64,000 nt of DNA from Bugula neritina (Eukaryota > Animalia > Bryozoa). The notes under the pieces are model-generated. The model was given only the letters and a program-made list of their open reading frames with translations, was not told the origin of the DNA and did not search any database. A program made the translations under genes and the position numbers. This document shows, piece after piece, positions 11,601 through 26,600 of the stretch. Within the stretch, counting starts at the first letter, position 1, and each line of letters opens with the position of its first letter. The DNA lies in the NCBI GenBank assembly GCA_964035545.1, contig OZ037766.1:4516722-4580721 (forward strand), read 5' to 3'.

Positions 11601-14600
11601 ACAAGAGAAGGGAGAAAGAATGAGGCACATATATAGCAGCTAGGAGTAGTTAATTGTGTTAGAGACAGGAGTGTAGTAACAGCAAGCTACCCAACAGCCA
11701 TAATACGTAAGGGGAAAACAAGAAGCTTGCAGCTTGTTGCCAGCATCACCTGAGAGAGAGACAGTTGGGGTCGTGAACTGCCTCGTGGTGCATATGATGT
11801 GCATATAACAAACTAGTTACAGATAATTTATCATCTAACGGGCTCCTGAAATCAATGGTAGCATGCATTTAATAGTCCAGTCACAACTGCGTGTACTTTC
11901 AATAAGATTTTACAGTTTTTTGATAAGAAATGCTCTAAGTTGAGCTAATAAAAGAGAAAATATTTTTGTAACCAGTAGTTGGTATGCAACACATAAAAAG
12001 AGCTTTCATTGAGCCAAGCAGAAACAATTCCATCAAACAGTTTTATTTTAAAACACATAAGCAAGGGATGGGCAGTTATTTCGTATGATGATTTTGAAGC
12101 AGAGGGTGTTTTTGGAAGAATATCATTTTAGGGAAAATATCTCAACAAAGCATTTAGCTTTACTTCACGAACTGTGATGAATACAAATTTGTTGCAGTAA
12201 TTTACAGTAAAATAGACAATGGGTGGAACTGCCTAAAACACTAAATTGCAGTTATTATAATGATAGTTGCTAAATGTCAAACATATCACACTCTTGTTGT
12301 TACAAACTTGACACACGCTCTAAACTAGCAGCCTGATGTTATCTCTACCCATAATGCCGTGTGTAGGTTAACTTATTACTAACCAGTGTGCTACACTGAC
12401 CCTATACAGTTCCTACACATGTTAAAGTAAGCAAACACTGGGAATTGGGTGGAAATTCAGCTTTGGTAACCTAGGCTACCGGGACAACAATAACATGCAC
12501 GGTGAAGCTTACACAAATATAGTTGAAGGTCAAACTTACACTGGAGTGGAGTTCTTAATAGAACCAGGTATGTTATTTATAGATGGAGGAATATCGGCTT
12601 GATCTAAAAAGGAAAGGTTTATACCTTAGGCTATGCATATGGTTCAAGTAAACTTGGTTTAAGTTCATCTATTACCAGTTTACTATGTGTAATAAAGTAT
12701 TTCATATATTGTAATACAGCGGAAATGAACACACTGAGCTAGAGTGGTTGTATTCAAGAGTGAAAAAGACCACAATTCCTAAACAGTTGTTAAAATTATT
12801 CAGCATAAAGCAAGCAAGAAATATGAACATAAATGTAACTAAGCAACAGTGCCTTTTTATGCAAGGTGTATTCAACAGCTAATAAGAAAAACTTAGTACA
12901 GATTTGCATTTGCTGTAGTCTGAAAAGAGGGTACATAAAGTTGCTAAAATTCAGTGTGCAGACTACAACATATATCCTAAACATTCAAGTGAGCAGAAAT
13001 TCAGCCCAACACCAATCAGCACTACAGCAAGCAGACGTTTACCTATCTCAAATCCTAAGGTGTGTGTATCTGAAACAAGAGTAAAACATGGTTAGTATAC
13101 AGTGCAATACTGACTCTGGCAGATGCAAGTGTGGCTTGAGGGTTATGTTAATAATAGTTTGTTTCTACAGCTTGTAAACCTTTTAGTAATGCAATGGTAA
13201 TGCATCAGTAATGTGCTAGTAATGCTGTAATGTAGTAGTAATGTGTTAATAATGTATGCGTGAGTGATGCACCAGTAATGTACTAGTAATGCACAAATAA
13301 TGTGCCAGTAATGCATGAGTAGTGTACTAGTAATGTCCTAGTAATGCGTTAGTAATGTGTTAGTGATGTACTAATAATAAAATAGTAATGCACTATTAAT
13401 GTGCTTATATCAAGATTTGGTAAACTTACCAAAGGCCATTGCATGAGCTGCCTTAAGCTTTCTTTGATATCTAAAAAAAGTAAATTTCTAAATTGAAATA
13501 TAATGACTTTTGACGTTGAGGCAATTAAGATGACTTACAATACTATGATTACATTACTAGCCTAGACTACTACTGTTATACCAACAAGCAGGTAAAACTG
13601 TAGTAACACAACAATTTACCTGCTTCTCATAACGTAGCACAGAATTAAAACTGTCAGCATAACAACGAGAAGTACTACAGCCACCACTATTGCTATAATA
13701 ATAACTCTGTTAGAGCTCTTTGCTTCCTCTTCGTCTGTAGAACTGGCATTAATCACCTGCAACAAATGGAACATGTGTCTTTCAACTTGGCTGATATTGT
13801 ACATCTCTGATGAAAAGTGAAAAATCCATTCAGATTATGAGGATGGATATTCAATGCATGGAAACATTGTCAATATAATGAGACCACAATCATAAGTTGA
13901 AACAACCGCAAATACATCCAGACAAGCATCCCGCACAGATCTATTGTCTGTAATACAGTATAGAAAACTTTGAAGACATTCCTGATTTCTAATAACTGAA
14001 TAATACCAAAACTAGTCTATTTTCATAAAAAAAAACATTGTAACAAATATTATGATTACTATAACTAAGTTACAATACTCATATGAAAAGACAAGCATGT
14101 CTCATACTCGCACACTCACATCATCTGTTCCAATGTAGCCATATTTGTAAAGACTGTCAGAAAGGTCAACGTTGTCCTGAACAAAGAGTTCAATGTCAGC
14201 AGAGGTGAGAAGATTGTCTGTATTGTTTGGCACGACAAATAGTTGCACTTTGGTATGGTAATTTTTTTCTGTGTTTGCTTCTAATTTTATGATGCCGACA
14301 TTCAAGCTGGCATGACTGCTAAATATTCTAAAAACAAAAAAATACTTTTGTACTTACGTGGGCTATATGTACATGATTTATTATGCACAAACTTAGCGGA
14401 ATATGTTTTTAATCAATGTTCCGTGTATTAAATTTAAGCTTTGATAAAAACAATAAATAACAATTAGTGGTTCTCAAATAAACTTTTCTTTGTATTCAGC
14501 AAACTCTAGTGGTTTTATAGCAAAAGTTAAAATTTTATCACAATATTTTAATCTGCATGAAACACACATTGATATTAACTAACTGAATAGTCCACATTGA

Positions 14601-17600
14601 TAACATTAACATGAATTCTAAGTTATGGGGCCAACTTGAAATATTAAATGTCTAATGCATATAACAACATTGTATATTTATTTATACTATTAAATTCCTA
14701 GAGTCATCTTACTTTTCTATCTCGGAGACAGAAGTTTGTGTTTCGGACAAGGTTTTGGCAACCGTAAAAGTGTAAACATTTTCAGCGTCAATAATATAGA
14801 CTTTGATATTAGTCTGCGAGGTCAACCCTGAAGGGCTGCTAGTAGCATTTGCTGTGAATTCCAGAGTACCCTACAAAGTAGCATCATTCAAATATATATG
14901 AATATAACCCAAATTATAAAATATCTATAAATAATCAGGTTATACTTTCAAAGAGTATTTAAGAATGTGTTAGCCATAATTTTGGGAAACTTGTGTATTA
15001 ACGTTTAATACAACCACTGTGCTATCGAATATGTTATACTTTTGTTCAAACACCAAGTTTATTCTAATTTTTTATAATGCAATATTTTTATGTTGGTAAA
15101 CCTAGGATACATTAAATGAGTTTAATACTAAAGTTAAAATTTCAATTTTTTAGTAATTCAACACTCAACTCTTACATATATAAAAAAAGAATTTCCATCT
15201 AACTCGGGCACTGATTTAGCAGTATTTAAATCTACATACCTGCATTTCTTCATCAAAAATTATTTCAGTTTGAACGTTTCCATTTGCATAAATCTTAATT
15301 GGTTCTGAAACACCGACGCTTTTGCTCAGCTTGGCAGGTGTATAAAGGAATTGTCTGCCCCTTGAAAATTCTATGTCCTGACCTTCATCTGCGTCCGTGA
15401 CATATTCCTGGTAAATAATAGAATAAAACCGTATTCTTCATGGCGGTTGTCAAAGCTAAATAATTTTGATAGCATAAAACTTTTGTTGGGTGGAAAAAAA
15501 TTAATTTCCCAATAGCAAACTTAACCTAATTTCTATGGATTAGATATTTATTAAGATTGTATGAGTACACGTGTGTCAATCCTAAAATTGTTTCCACTAC
15601 AATTTTATTTTCACCCTTCATACAAAAAATAGCACAACAGAGAACCAGAAATGCATTATACATTTTAAGTAACACTTAAGCTTTATTTTAGAAATACAAT
15701 GTCAAGCTTATGCTGAAGCAGCCAGTAAGCTGGTCTGATTAAAGTGTGGAGCACATGCTGACACTTGTCACAGCACATTGCAGCAAGTGAATTGTGCTAT
15801 TAACAAATATAGAAAAGTTCTAGTGTCAAATTCTAAATGTGTCAGTTAAAGTGTCAAATTTTATCAGCTGTTCTATTATCTCACTTGTAGGTTTATAAGT
15901 GATATAGGGGAAGCAACTCCCCTGACGACTGCCAAATTAAATCTGGAATGGCTAAATACAGGAGCGTTATCATCTACGTCCCCAACTAGTATTGTGATTT
16001 CCATTTCATCATCACCAGCTCGTCTGTCCGTCCACGGAGTATTTTGTTGAGCTTTACAATCACTGTATATGTTTTCATCACTGGAATAAACAGCCCACAT
16101 TTTCAAACTTATGTGCATTAGTTGACATTCTTGAAAGTGTAATAAAAAAGCTGGAGTGTCATATAATATTTGAACAAATATTTTAGATCAGCGATAATCT
16201 ACATAAAAAATAATTTCTTGCTTGAAATAAATACAGTACTTGTTGCTGGGTTAATGTAAACATTCGTCATGTAGCTATTGTTATACATTGTGCAGACAAC
16301 TCTAACTCACCTGTCATCGGCCTGAACAACAAGAACATATGCGGCTCGAGACTCCCTATCCAGCCTCTTATCACTTGCAACTTTGATCTCTGCAGTCATT
16401 TTGTTGATACTAAAGAGATCTCTGATTAAACTCTCGGATATGGCATGACCACTTCCTTTTGTCCCACGAGCTCCTACCAAAAGGTTTACAAAATCATGGA
16501 TATGAAGATAGCATTATAACTGTAATTTGACATTTTCCTAATAACAGTAATAATTCCTATATAGCGTTTTATGAATAGTATAGTATTACCATAGAATTAA
16601 TTATTTAATTCAAAAGATATGAATTAATTATTTTTTACGTATTCTAGATAATTATTGTATTCTTGCAAGCAGGTTTACTATTAAACACTTTCAGTATAAT
16701 AAGATAAATAGTAAACACAGATAAGATATTGTTAATCATACCTATTATGGAATAACAAAATAGCTGTCTCTCATCCAAATCTTGAGCATAGTTGAATGTA
16801 CCAACAGCTATTCCAACTTGCTCTTCTCTTACAGTTACTTCTACTTCCTGTTTGTCGACAGGAAAGAAAGGTCGATTATCGTTCACATCGTCTACATTCA
16901 CGATTATGGCAAGTCTCGAGCTGGTGCGTGCGGGTACCCCTCTGTCTGTTCCTTCTACTTCAAACTGTTATAATATACCGAGATTATCACGATTACATAC
17001 GACCAGCACATCTACATCACGTACACAGAGCACAAGTATTTGTTTATTAATATTGAATCGTGTCTATAGTTCTTGCGCAATACTGTAAAATTGTTGTCAA
17101 CATTTCACTCTATAAAACCGAGCCTAATTAACTTAATCGCTTATCAACTACTAGGAAATCTAAAGTAAAATTTTTCAACTCTCACCCTGTATTGCTTGGC
17201 TTTAGATTCTCTGTCGAATAAGATATTTTGTTTAATTATAAATGTGTTGTGCTGAGATTGACTTCGCTCGATCAAGAAATATCTGCTACCGTCCATGCCG
17301 GGGACTCCTTTAACGAAATTCAAGTCGACAAAGGAGTTGTCTCCTTCATCCTTGTCTGTTGCTTGAATAGAAATCAGTGCCGTCCCTCGCGGAGAGTTCT
17401 AGAAACGCAACAAACTAAAATGAACTTACTGGTATGTGAGTTTAAAAGTTCCCTTATCTACAATTTTGCTTATAACTAGTTTAAATATATTTCTGTAATA
17501 AAACAAATTAAACGGAATATTACCATTATGCTGGATCTGGGTTTTAACTTTTAATTTTCTAATTTTAATTCTAAATTGTTTCTTTACAAAGGTAGTTTAA

Positions 17601-20600
17601 AGCAAGGGTCACTATTGCCTGTCATGGCTACAAGTGTTGCTACTGTATGTTGTATACTCCATACCTCTGGCCGGTGTACTGTAGTGCTTCTGTTACTCAG
17701 CACCCTCAGCTCCGGGGTGTTGTCATTGAAGTCTTCAACATTCACCACTACTTTAGCTGAACCAGTTTCCTTTGCACCTCCACTGTTTTGAGCGGTGATA
17801 GTCAGGCTGTATACCCCTACGTGCCCGAGCAAATCTGGATCACGAGCTACAGTGACCTCTCCCTTTGCATTTACTGTGAAGAGGTTTAGTGTGTCATTAC
17901 TTGGTTCGCAACAGGTATATATTACTTCTCCACCATTTGGGGCCGAATCAATGTCCACAGCTTCAATCTAAAAATGGTGTGTAGGTTTTAAAACTATAAT
18001 ACCACTTTACTGTTATGATTATTACTATGGTAATATTAGTACTTGGTTACATAGACAACTGTTTCATATAAAAACTAATTACTGCTATTACCACCATCTT
18101 AAATGAGTATAGCATGCCCGCTTCACGCACATAAATAAATAACTATTATGTTTATCTCATGTTTGTTATTACAATCTATACTTTTGCTATTGTTACTTGA
18201 AACGAATATAACGCTAACATGACAAAATATTTTAGCATACTTGATAGTTTCCTTCGACTGCAACTTTGTCTCCTTTCTTTGCAATCTCAGATATTTTGGT
18301 AGAGTAAACGTCTGCAGAGAACGTAGGCTTATTGTCATTAACATCAGTAATGTTTATGGCCATCACTCTGTTGGTACACAGCTTTGGTAGCCCCAAATCA
18401 CACGCTTCAATCGTTAGGGGTAGTACCTTGTTTGCTACTTTATATATATCTACATCCAGGCTCTCTGCTACCGAAACAGTACCCTAAAACATAAAAGTAT
18501 TTTCAGCTTTCACAATATTATAGCAAACAAGTAATTTAAATTGCCATAACATGCTGTAATCTTTTAATAGAATAAAAACACTTACTTTATAAATCTCTAA
18601 TAAATTTGGGTCAAGAAGTTATGATAAAACAATAAAATTTATGAAAGTATATTAATAAACCAACTGTTGGCTGGTGATTTTGAAAAGCGGCCTTTGCACC
18701 AACCTTTGAACTGTCAATACTGATTTTTCCATCTCCTCCACTTTTTATTCTGAATTCAATCTGTTTGTTCAGAAAATCAGAGTCAGCGTCTGTGGCAGCA
18801 ACAGTTGTCAAAACAGAGTTCACAGGAACGTCCTCTTGGACAGACACGACTTGAACGAATCTAGTAAACCTGAAAATAGATTGCATCATGATTTTATTTG
18901 AATTTGAAAACTTTTACAACTCTAAGATCTTACAGTTTTTATACAAGCATGTTTAATGTGTATACTGATGCTTTCACGTGTAGAGTTGTAATGAATAATG
19001 AATACATGCATACCGAGGTGCCTTGTCATTGATGTCTTTGACATGAACAGCGATATCAATGCTAGAGCTCAATGCATTGTTTTTCCCATCCCGGACTAGC
19101 ACAGTTAAATTGAGCCAGTTGCCCACAACTTCTCTATCCACAATATCAATCAACCTCAGCTCACCTAAAACAGGCAGTATAACCTCATTTTGTTAACTCT
19201 AAATAAGGAACAGTTAAAGTAGAGAAACTTTTGCTCTCTGAAATATTTACTACTCATGCATGCTGTCACAGCAAACTTTTTAAAAATATGGCCATGTTTT
19301 TAAAGTAATTCAAAAATGAATAAAAAGAGATATAAAAGAGATATGAAAGAGTTGTGGCATAAAGTGCGTTCAGCTGCAGTAATAAAAGAATCTAAAAGCT
19401 TAACTCCCTTGAAGTTATCTCTGCATGAAAGTTGGTTGGAAGTGTTAGCCAAAAATCTTATGAAAATACACCTCTGATTAAAGATACGCTCATGCACTAC
19501 TCAGCTTCCTTTGTTCATTCATTAAGCAGATTTGCTTATTTTACAAAGGTACTTTTAACAGGTGCAATAAATAAAGGCTAAACCCCATGCTACAAACAAA
19601 TTATTCTTAATTACAGAATGAACGCCTAACAATTAATGTTTTTAGTCCTTCAACTTGTAGCCTATGATACTTGTACTTACCGAGGTTGTTGATAGCAAAG
19701 GCGTTGTGAGGATTTACAGTAAGGGAGAACTCTAGCTGACTGCCCTGATCGTGGTCGCTGACTACGAGTCTAGTGATGATGCCGGCATCAGTGCTGTTCT
19801 CCGTTACCTCCAGCATACCAACTGGCTCTATGATTGGTGGATTGTCATTCACATCCAATATTGTAATCTCAACGTCCACTGAAACGTAGAAATTAATTAT
19901 TTAACATTTTACTTGCACTAAGAGACCAGAGTGCACGAGCATACATAACTGAGTTTTCTTTATCATAATATATGGGATATGATATTATCATAATATACCA
20001 TATTACATCATACTATTTTATATTTTATATTTTATCATTTATATATCATATCACATTCTATTATACTACATCCTATTATATTATAATATATTATATTGTA
20101 TCATATTATTTTAACAAATTATGTTATATCATATTGCATTAGAGTGTACTATATTATAATATATTATATTATATTTTATTACAATATATTGTACTGCATT
20201 ATATTATATTTATCTTACAATGTATTATATTATTATATTATATCATAGCATAGTTAATCTTCAATTTATTTTTCTGTTTGTAGACATACCTGTAACCAAC
20301 TGCTGTGTTAGTCCATTAATGTCTTTGGCTGATATTTTAAGTAGAAACTTAGCAGCTGTCTCTCGGTCTAATGAAGAGGTTGTTGTAATTATCCCTTGAT
20401 CTCTAGAGATAGTGACTGGAATCTAAATATCAGACAAATTCAATTAAAATGCAGCTCAGACAGCTCTTACGCAATACAATATTATGTGTTACATACCTTT
20501 TAAAATTAAATAGACAGTATATGCAAATTTTATTCAAACAAAAACGTGGGCCTCAACTGCAAGAGCAAGTTTAAAGTAGTTTTAAATTTTCCTGATAGAA

Positions 20601-23600
20601 AGTTGCATAATTAGTTATTCTATTTATAGAATTAGTTGATAGATAAAAACTGGTTCCTTTGTTTTGTTTTCTTATTTAGCTTAAGTCCCATCTTATTGGT
20701 AGGAAAGACATAAGGGGTATGAGACTATATACATACACTGGCAAGGTTTACAGTGTTCCCGTCAGAATCGTATGCTGTACTTTGACTAATGCTAAACTCC
20801 AACTGAGAATTCAAATCTCTATCAACAGCTTGTACAGTTCCAATAACTCGGCCAATAGTCGCTTCTTCGCTGACAGAGAATTGAAACTTTTGCTGTTGAA
20901 ATTTGGGAAGTTCGTCATTAACATCAGTGACCTGTAACAAAGAAAACATAACTCCAATTCACATCTCAAATATGATCCTTTTGAATGCTACATCTCATTA
21001 CATTAGAAGAATATATGAAGCAACATGACATGTACACAGTATACCTGTACATTAACAATAATATAATATAATGTGTGTTATAATTACATGTATGCATAAA
21101 CTAACATAAGCCAGTATGATTAATAAAAATACCCATAACTTTTTCTTTTTTTACTTCTACAATTTTTTCTCTGAAAAAAATTATTAACAGTTCTAAGGCC
21201 CTATAGTTTAATTATTATTTGTGGCATGAATAAATTTTTTAAGCAATTGTACTCTACAACAAACTTTAAGCATAATATGCTTGCTTAATTTTTATTGCAA
21301 GTATTGGGAATGCTTGACTATTTTGGTTCAACTATCAATAGCTTAGTCCATAAGATGTGTATAACATGTTACCATGACAACGATAGTCTGTTGACTAGCT
21401 TTGGACGGCTGGCCCTGATCAGAGGCCAAGATTATCAACGTGTACTCATCAAATTCTCCCTCCTTGTCCAGGAGAGCTGCTAACTTGATTTCTCCAGTAG
21501 CAGTGTCTATTGAAAAACGGCCAAAGTTGTTGGAGAGGCTGTAGACTATGAGATTATTGGGAGACGTTACGTCACCGTCTGTGGCAGTCGCGGTGTAGAC
21601 TGTGGTTCCTGTGATAAAATATATTATCACATATAATATAGAATATACAATAACATTTTATTTTTACATAGTATATTCAAATACAATAATGAGAGATTAT
21701 AATATCAAGATGGTACAAGTTAGTTATTCACTTTATAAAAAACATTTTTCCTCTTTTATTTTGGTTTGATGATTACATAAAAGTTGCAATAAAAGTAGTT
21801 TTGCCCACAAGCTGCCTGGAAAAAATGTTTTTTGAATTTATTTAAATATTCATTTAAATAATAATTTTTTCTTTATTAAAGCATGTGGATAGTCTAACAT
21901 AGAAGCATAAAAAGTCACGTAGGTACTAAGTTAATTTGAAACGCCGGCAAAAGTTTGTGAGAGTTTGTTTGAGTTTGTGGAAGTGTGAAGGTTTGCGAGA
22001 TTATGTGAGAGTTTGTGAGATTCTGTGAGAGTTTGTGAAAGTCTGTGAGGGTTCATGAAAATCAACCAAGCTGTAACTTTAGCACCAGTAATACTTCCCA
22101 ATACTTACCTATATCAGAGTTCTCTGCGATACTAAGTGGTAATGGCGTGTGTGTGAACCTCGGTTTGTTGTCATTCAAATCATTCACTTGTAGTCTAAGA
22201 ATAGCTGTAGATGTCTGTGCAGGTACACCATTATCACTAGCCAATATGCCTACGTATAGAGTCTTTGGACTAACTTCAGCATCAAATGGGGATGTAACAT
22301 AGACAGTGCCGTTGGACAGGATGGCAAGGTTGTCCGTGTAGTTCAGCATAGATAATGATATTTCTCCATTTCTTCCTTCGTCTTCATCACTTGCCTTACA
22401 AATGACAATATTGTTGCATATCATTATTTTCATTCTATTGTTATTGTAATTGTTAAAATTTTACTTTTTTCAAATGTATCTGCATGTATGTATATTTTGA
22501 ATAGTGAATTCAAAGCGATTAATATAATAAAATTATATTAATAAAATATGCTGGTTTCTCATTTGCTGCAATACTAGTTTTAACTGCATAGAAAAACATT
22601 AAGCTGTAACTGAAGTTTCTTTTGCGATTTGTAAATAATGACTTTGTGAAACAATTCTTTTAGCCCCTGGTTACCTGCACTGTGATTGGTGAGGTAAAAA
22701 CCAATGAGCCTTCATCTACGCTGCCATCAAAGACAGCAGACGACAGTTTTGGACGGTTATCATTCACATCCACCACGCTGACTATAAGTTGTGCGCTGTC
22801 AGTTAGACCACCGCCATCTGCTGCCAAAATGTTGAGATGGAACGTAGACTTGGTCTCCCTATCCAAACAATTCTCGCACTTTGTAGACACGACCCCAGAC
22901 GTTGAGTCAATTTCAAATCTAAAATACCAACAATATTCATCATTGTTATTAACTGGCAAATATCAACCATATATACATAGAAAATTGCACACATTCTTTC
23001 TCAGTGATAAACTCACTCTCAACTCTTATTTCGTTGTTATTTATAAACAAATTTATAATGTGGAAAGTGGGTACCATCATTACAGCAACCAGTGTCTGCC
23101 AAACCTAGCTCACACGTACTCGCACCTTATTTAAATTTTTAAACTTTGTGTACTAGCCGGAGCGAAATAAAATCAATGATATGTGAATAAATTGACTACA
23201 ATAATTAACATCTTGCATATGATTAGAGCTTACATGTCATTTCCTCCACTGATGCTGTAAGTGATTGTACTGAACCCCCTGGAGTCCTTGTCCGTGGCTT
23301 TAAGAACTGCACTTATATTGACGATGGCTCCACGGTTACTGTTCTCGTATATCCATCCCCTGTACAACTGCTCGCCAAACTCCGGTGCGTTGTCATTGTT
23401 GTCGTTGATATTTACAGTCACATACGTGTACGTCACTGCACCAGATTTCTGCTCTTTGGCTTCAATCTAAACAGGAAACCAAAGACATGCCACTTTCATA
23501 TTATTTATATAATCTTTGCATAACATCAAATAGTGAAATTTGACTTTTACAGGCTACACCCAACGAATACCGTTTGAGAAATGTGTACTCTATTTTATAA

Positions 23601-26600
23601 GTTACCTTGAAAGGAATGCTAGAGGTGGTCTCGTAATCAGCTGCCTGTTTTGTAGCTATAGATATGGTAGCCTCGTTTATCACTGTACCTGGCGAGACGG
23701 AGAACCAAGCAGACACATTGCCATCCATGCTTAAAGCTCTAAGGCTAAATGTACCGTTTACCCCCTATAAAACGGAACAGTATTATATAACAGAATACGT
23801 AATAAGAATGCATATTATTATATATCCTATCAGAAAGGCATGAAGAATATATTTTATTAATTCAGCGGATGTATTTCACATGCCACTCTGTAATGTCAAA
23901 TTGTAATATTATGGAAAAATTTTATGCTGTAAATTGCAAGTAGGCTAATGGTTAAATTGTTACCACGCTTAAAATAACAGGAAATTGTTACTTTGTCATA
24001 AAATTTACATCTTCTACTTGATTGGTTAGAAAACCATGACGGCAAAATACTCTTGCCTTTAGCTGAAAGTTGATTGATTACAGGATCCAAAGCTAAAACA
24101 GTTGAGGTGTAATTTTAATTTGGGCTTAATTAGTTAAATTTTCTTAGAAAAACCATTTTAGGTTAATTGAGCTGACTTATGTCATATCCCAGTGGTGAAT
24201 CACATATTGACAAAAGTAAAATCGGCCTAAACCGTTACCCTCTACAGCTAATCCACAAGATAAGCGCGGACATATTGATTTTATACATTTGTTATTATGT
24301 GCTAAATTATAATGAATCAATTTTCTAGTGTTGATATGTCCCAGGGTAATTGTTTTGCATGATGACAAAAATAAAGTCCGCCATTGTTCTTTTATTCTTA
24401 ACCTTAACCAAATACTATACAACTAAAAGGTCTAGTCTTTTATTTCAACCTAACAGCACTGTATACATTCGTGTCAGCCAATGGTACTCTGTAAATAATT
24501 AATAAGTTGTTACAACTGCAATGAACTGTATCCAGTGCTGGGTTAAGTCAATGGGTTTTGGCAACTTTATTCTCATTAGTTGATAACTCAAGAGAGGTAA
24601 TGCGTAGTGAGTGACAATTTGAACTGTTTTCCTGACGTTTTTGGAAGAATTATAGTGATGTACCACCAGGTGCTTCCAAAGTACACATCAATTGTTTTTG
24701 CTGCTGTAATTTCATATGAGAAATACAGCTCAAAACTGGGTAAATAAATTCAACACACAATTCATTCTGTACAATAAATGATAGCTGATGATGCTTGAGC
24801 TTAAAACTTCTAGCCTTTACAAAATTTTAAAAGTATTGATATAACACCAAATAATAAAGGTATAAACGCACCATTAGACATATTTTGGTAAACTAGGGCA
24901 AGTTAACTTCCATTTATATTTCCTGGTACAGACTTAAAATGACTGGCTGTATGAAGTTGAAAAACATATAGTATTAGAATAATGTTTTTCTCAGCTGTAG
25001 CAGCTGATATGAGAGTTGCTCAGTGCATACCTGGTCATAATCGGTGACCTTCAGGGGAGACTCCAAGGTCACCAAACTGCCGACAGGAAGTTCTTCGCCA
25101 ACGGAGCCAAGAGTGTGATTGGTATTGAAGGTAGGTTTCTGGTCATTCAGATCAAATATGGAGATAGATACCGGTGTTGTGCTCTGGGATAGGGCAGAGT
25201 CTACTGCCTCGCTAGACTCTTGTTCCTCTTTAGCCTAAAAGGGAGGAATATACCAATAGCTTACATGTCCTTAATTAAGCTATGAAAAAGATGGATAAAT
25301 GATCAGTTAATTTTGAATGCTAATTTTCGCATTTTCTTCCTTATTGGCACTAAGATCAGATTAGGAAAATCTAGGAAAGTGCACAAACCCAACAGCTACT
25401 GTAAAGAGTCTTAATGTAAGATTGGTTTGGGTGAGAGTAAGTGTGCTGAAATGTAAAACATTGATTATACTTACAACTACAGTGAGTGAGTAGATGGATC
25501 CGTGTGATTTCAATTCATCTGAATCAGTGTCAATCATTTTAGAGTTTGTGATGACCCCAGTGAGCTGGTTGATAGCAAAGAAATCGACTTCATTCACTAG
25601 TTCCCCACCTGCAATGGCATTTACGGTTTTAGTGAAAAATCTTTAAGGAATTTTAGCAAATTTATTGAGGAGTCTTTCTATCAGAAATATACCACTGTGC
25701 AGTTTTTAAAATTGGAATAGTTTGCTTAACTAACAATTATAGTTGGATACAGTATTCTATAGACTTGCCATGAAAAAAATTGATATCAAAAACTGCAAAT
25801 TATTAATATACAATTATATATTCATAGCCTAATTTGCTTTAGCGCTATAAGGATTCAAAATGGAGATTATGCATTAATAAAAATATAGTTGTTTAGAACT
25901 CAATCCCTAATAATGCTTACAGTATTCTTGGGCTAAAACGTAGAAATGAGAAATCATCATGACAGGCAGTGGCACAGAACCTAAGAGACACTCTATCAAC
26001 GAGGTAGGTGTAGTAAAGAAATTGAGAAAAGCCTGTGTTCTAGATTAAAAATGTAGCAAAAGAAGTTATGTTCTTGCAAAAATTTCAATTGTTCCAAACT
26101 TAAGTTTAACAATAAAATTAAAGAACTTAGGCTATCTCAATTTCTCCACTACTGCTCCTGAGTGCTAACACTGTCATAGCACTGTGATACCCTGTCACCC
26201 ACTGTCATAGCACTGTGATACCCTGTCACCCACTGTCATGGCACTGTCAATCAGTGTAGTAGTGAATATTAATATTAACTAATATAGTTGACAAACTTTA
26301 GCATTACAGCTATGAAAATGGAGGTCATACACCCAACATATGACAACCTTAGACAAAAACTTAAATAAACAGGTGCAGATATACACTAAATAGGAAGACA
26401 TTAAATTCAACTTAAACTTTGTTTCTATACCAAAAGAGAAGTTCTCATATTGATTGATTAACTTTATTGTGCAGCATAGCTTTGTATGGTTTATGACTTG
26501 GATAATTCAATGTTGAAGATTAAGTATTAATTACATATTATTCCTAAATGGATTTCTTAGAACAGCTACTGTGTAATTGTCACATTATTCAGTAAGTAAC

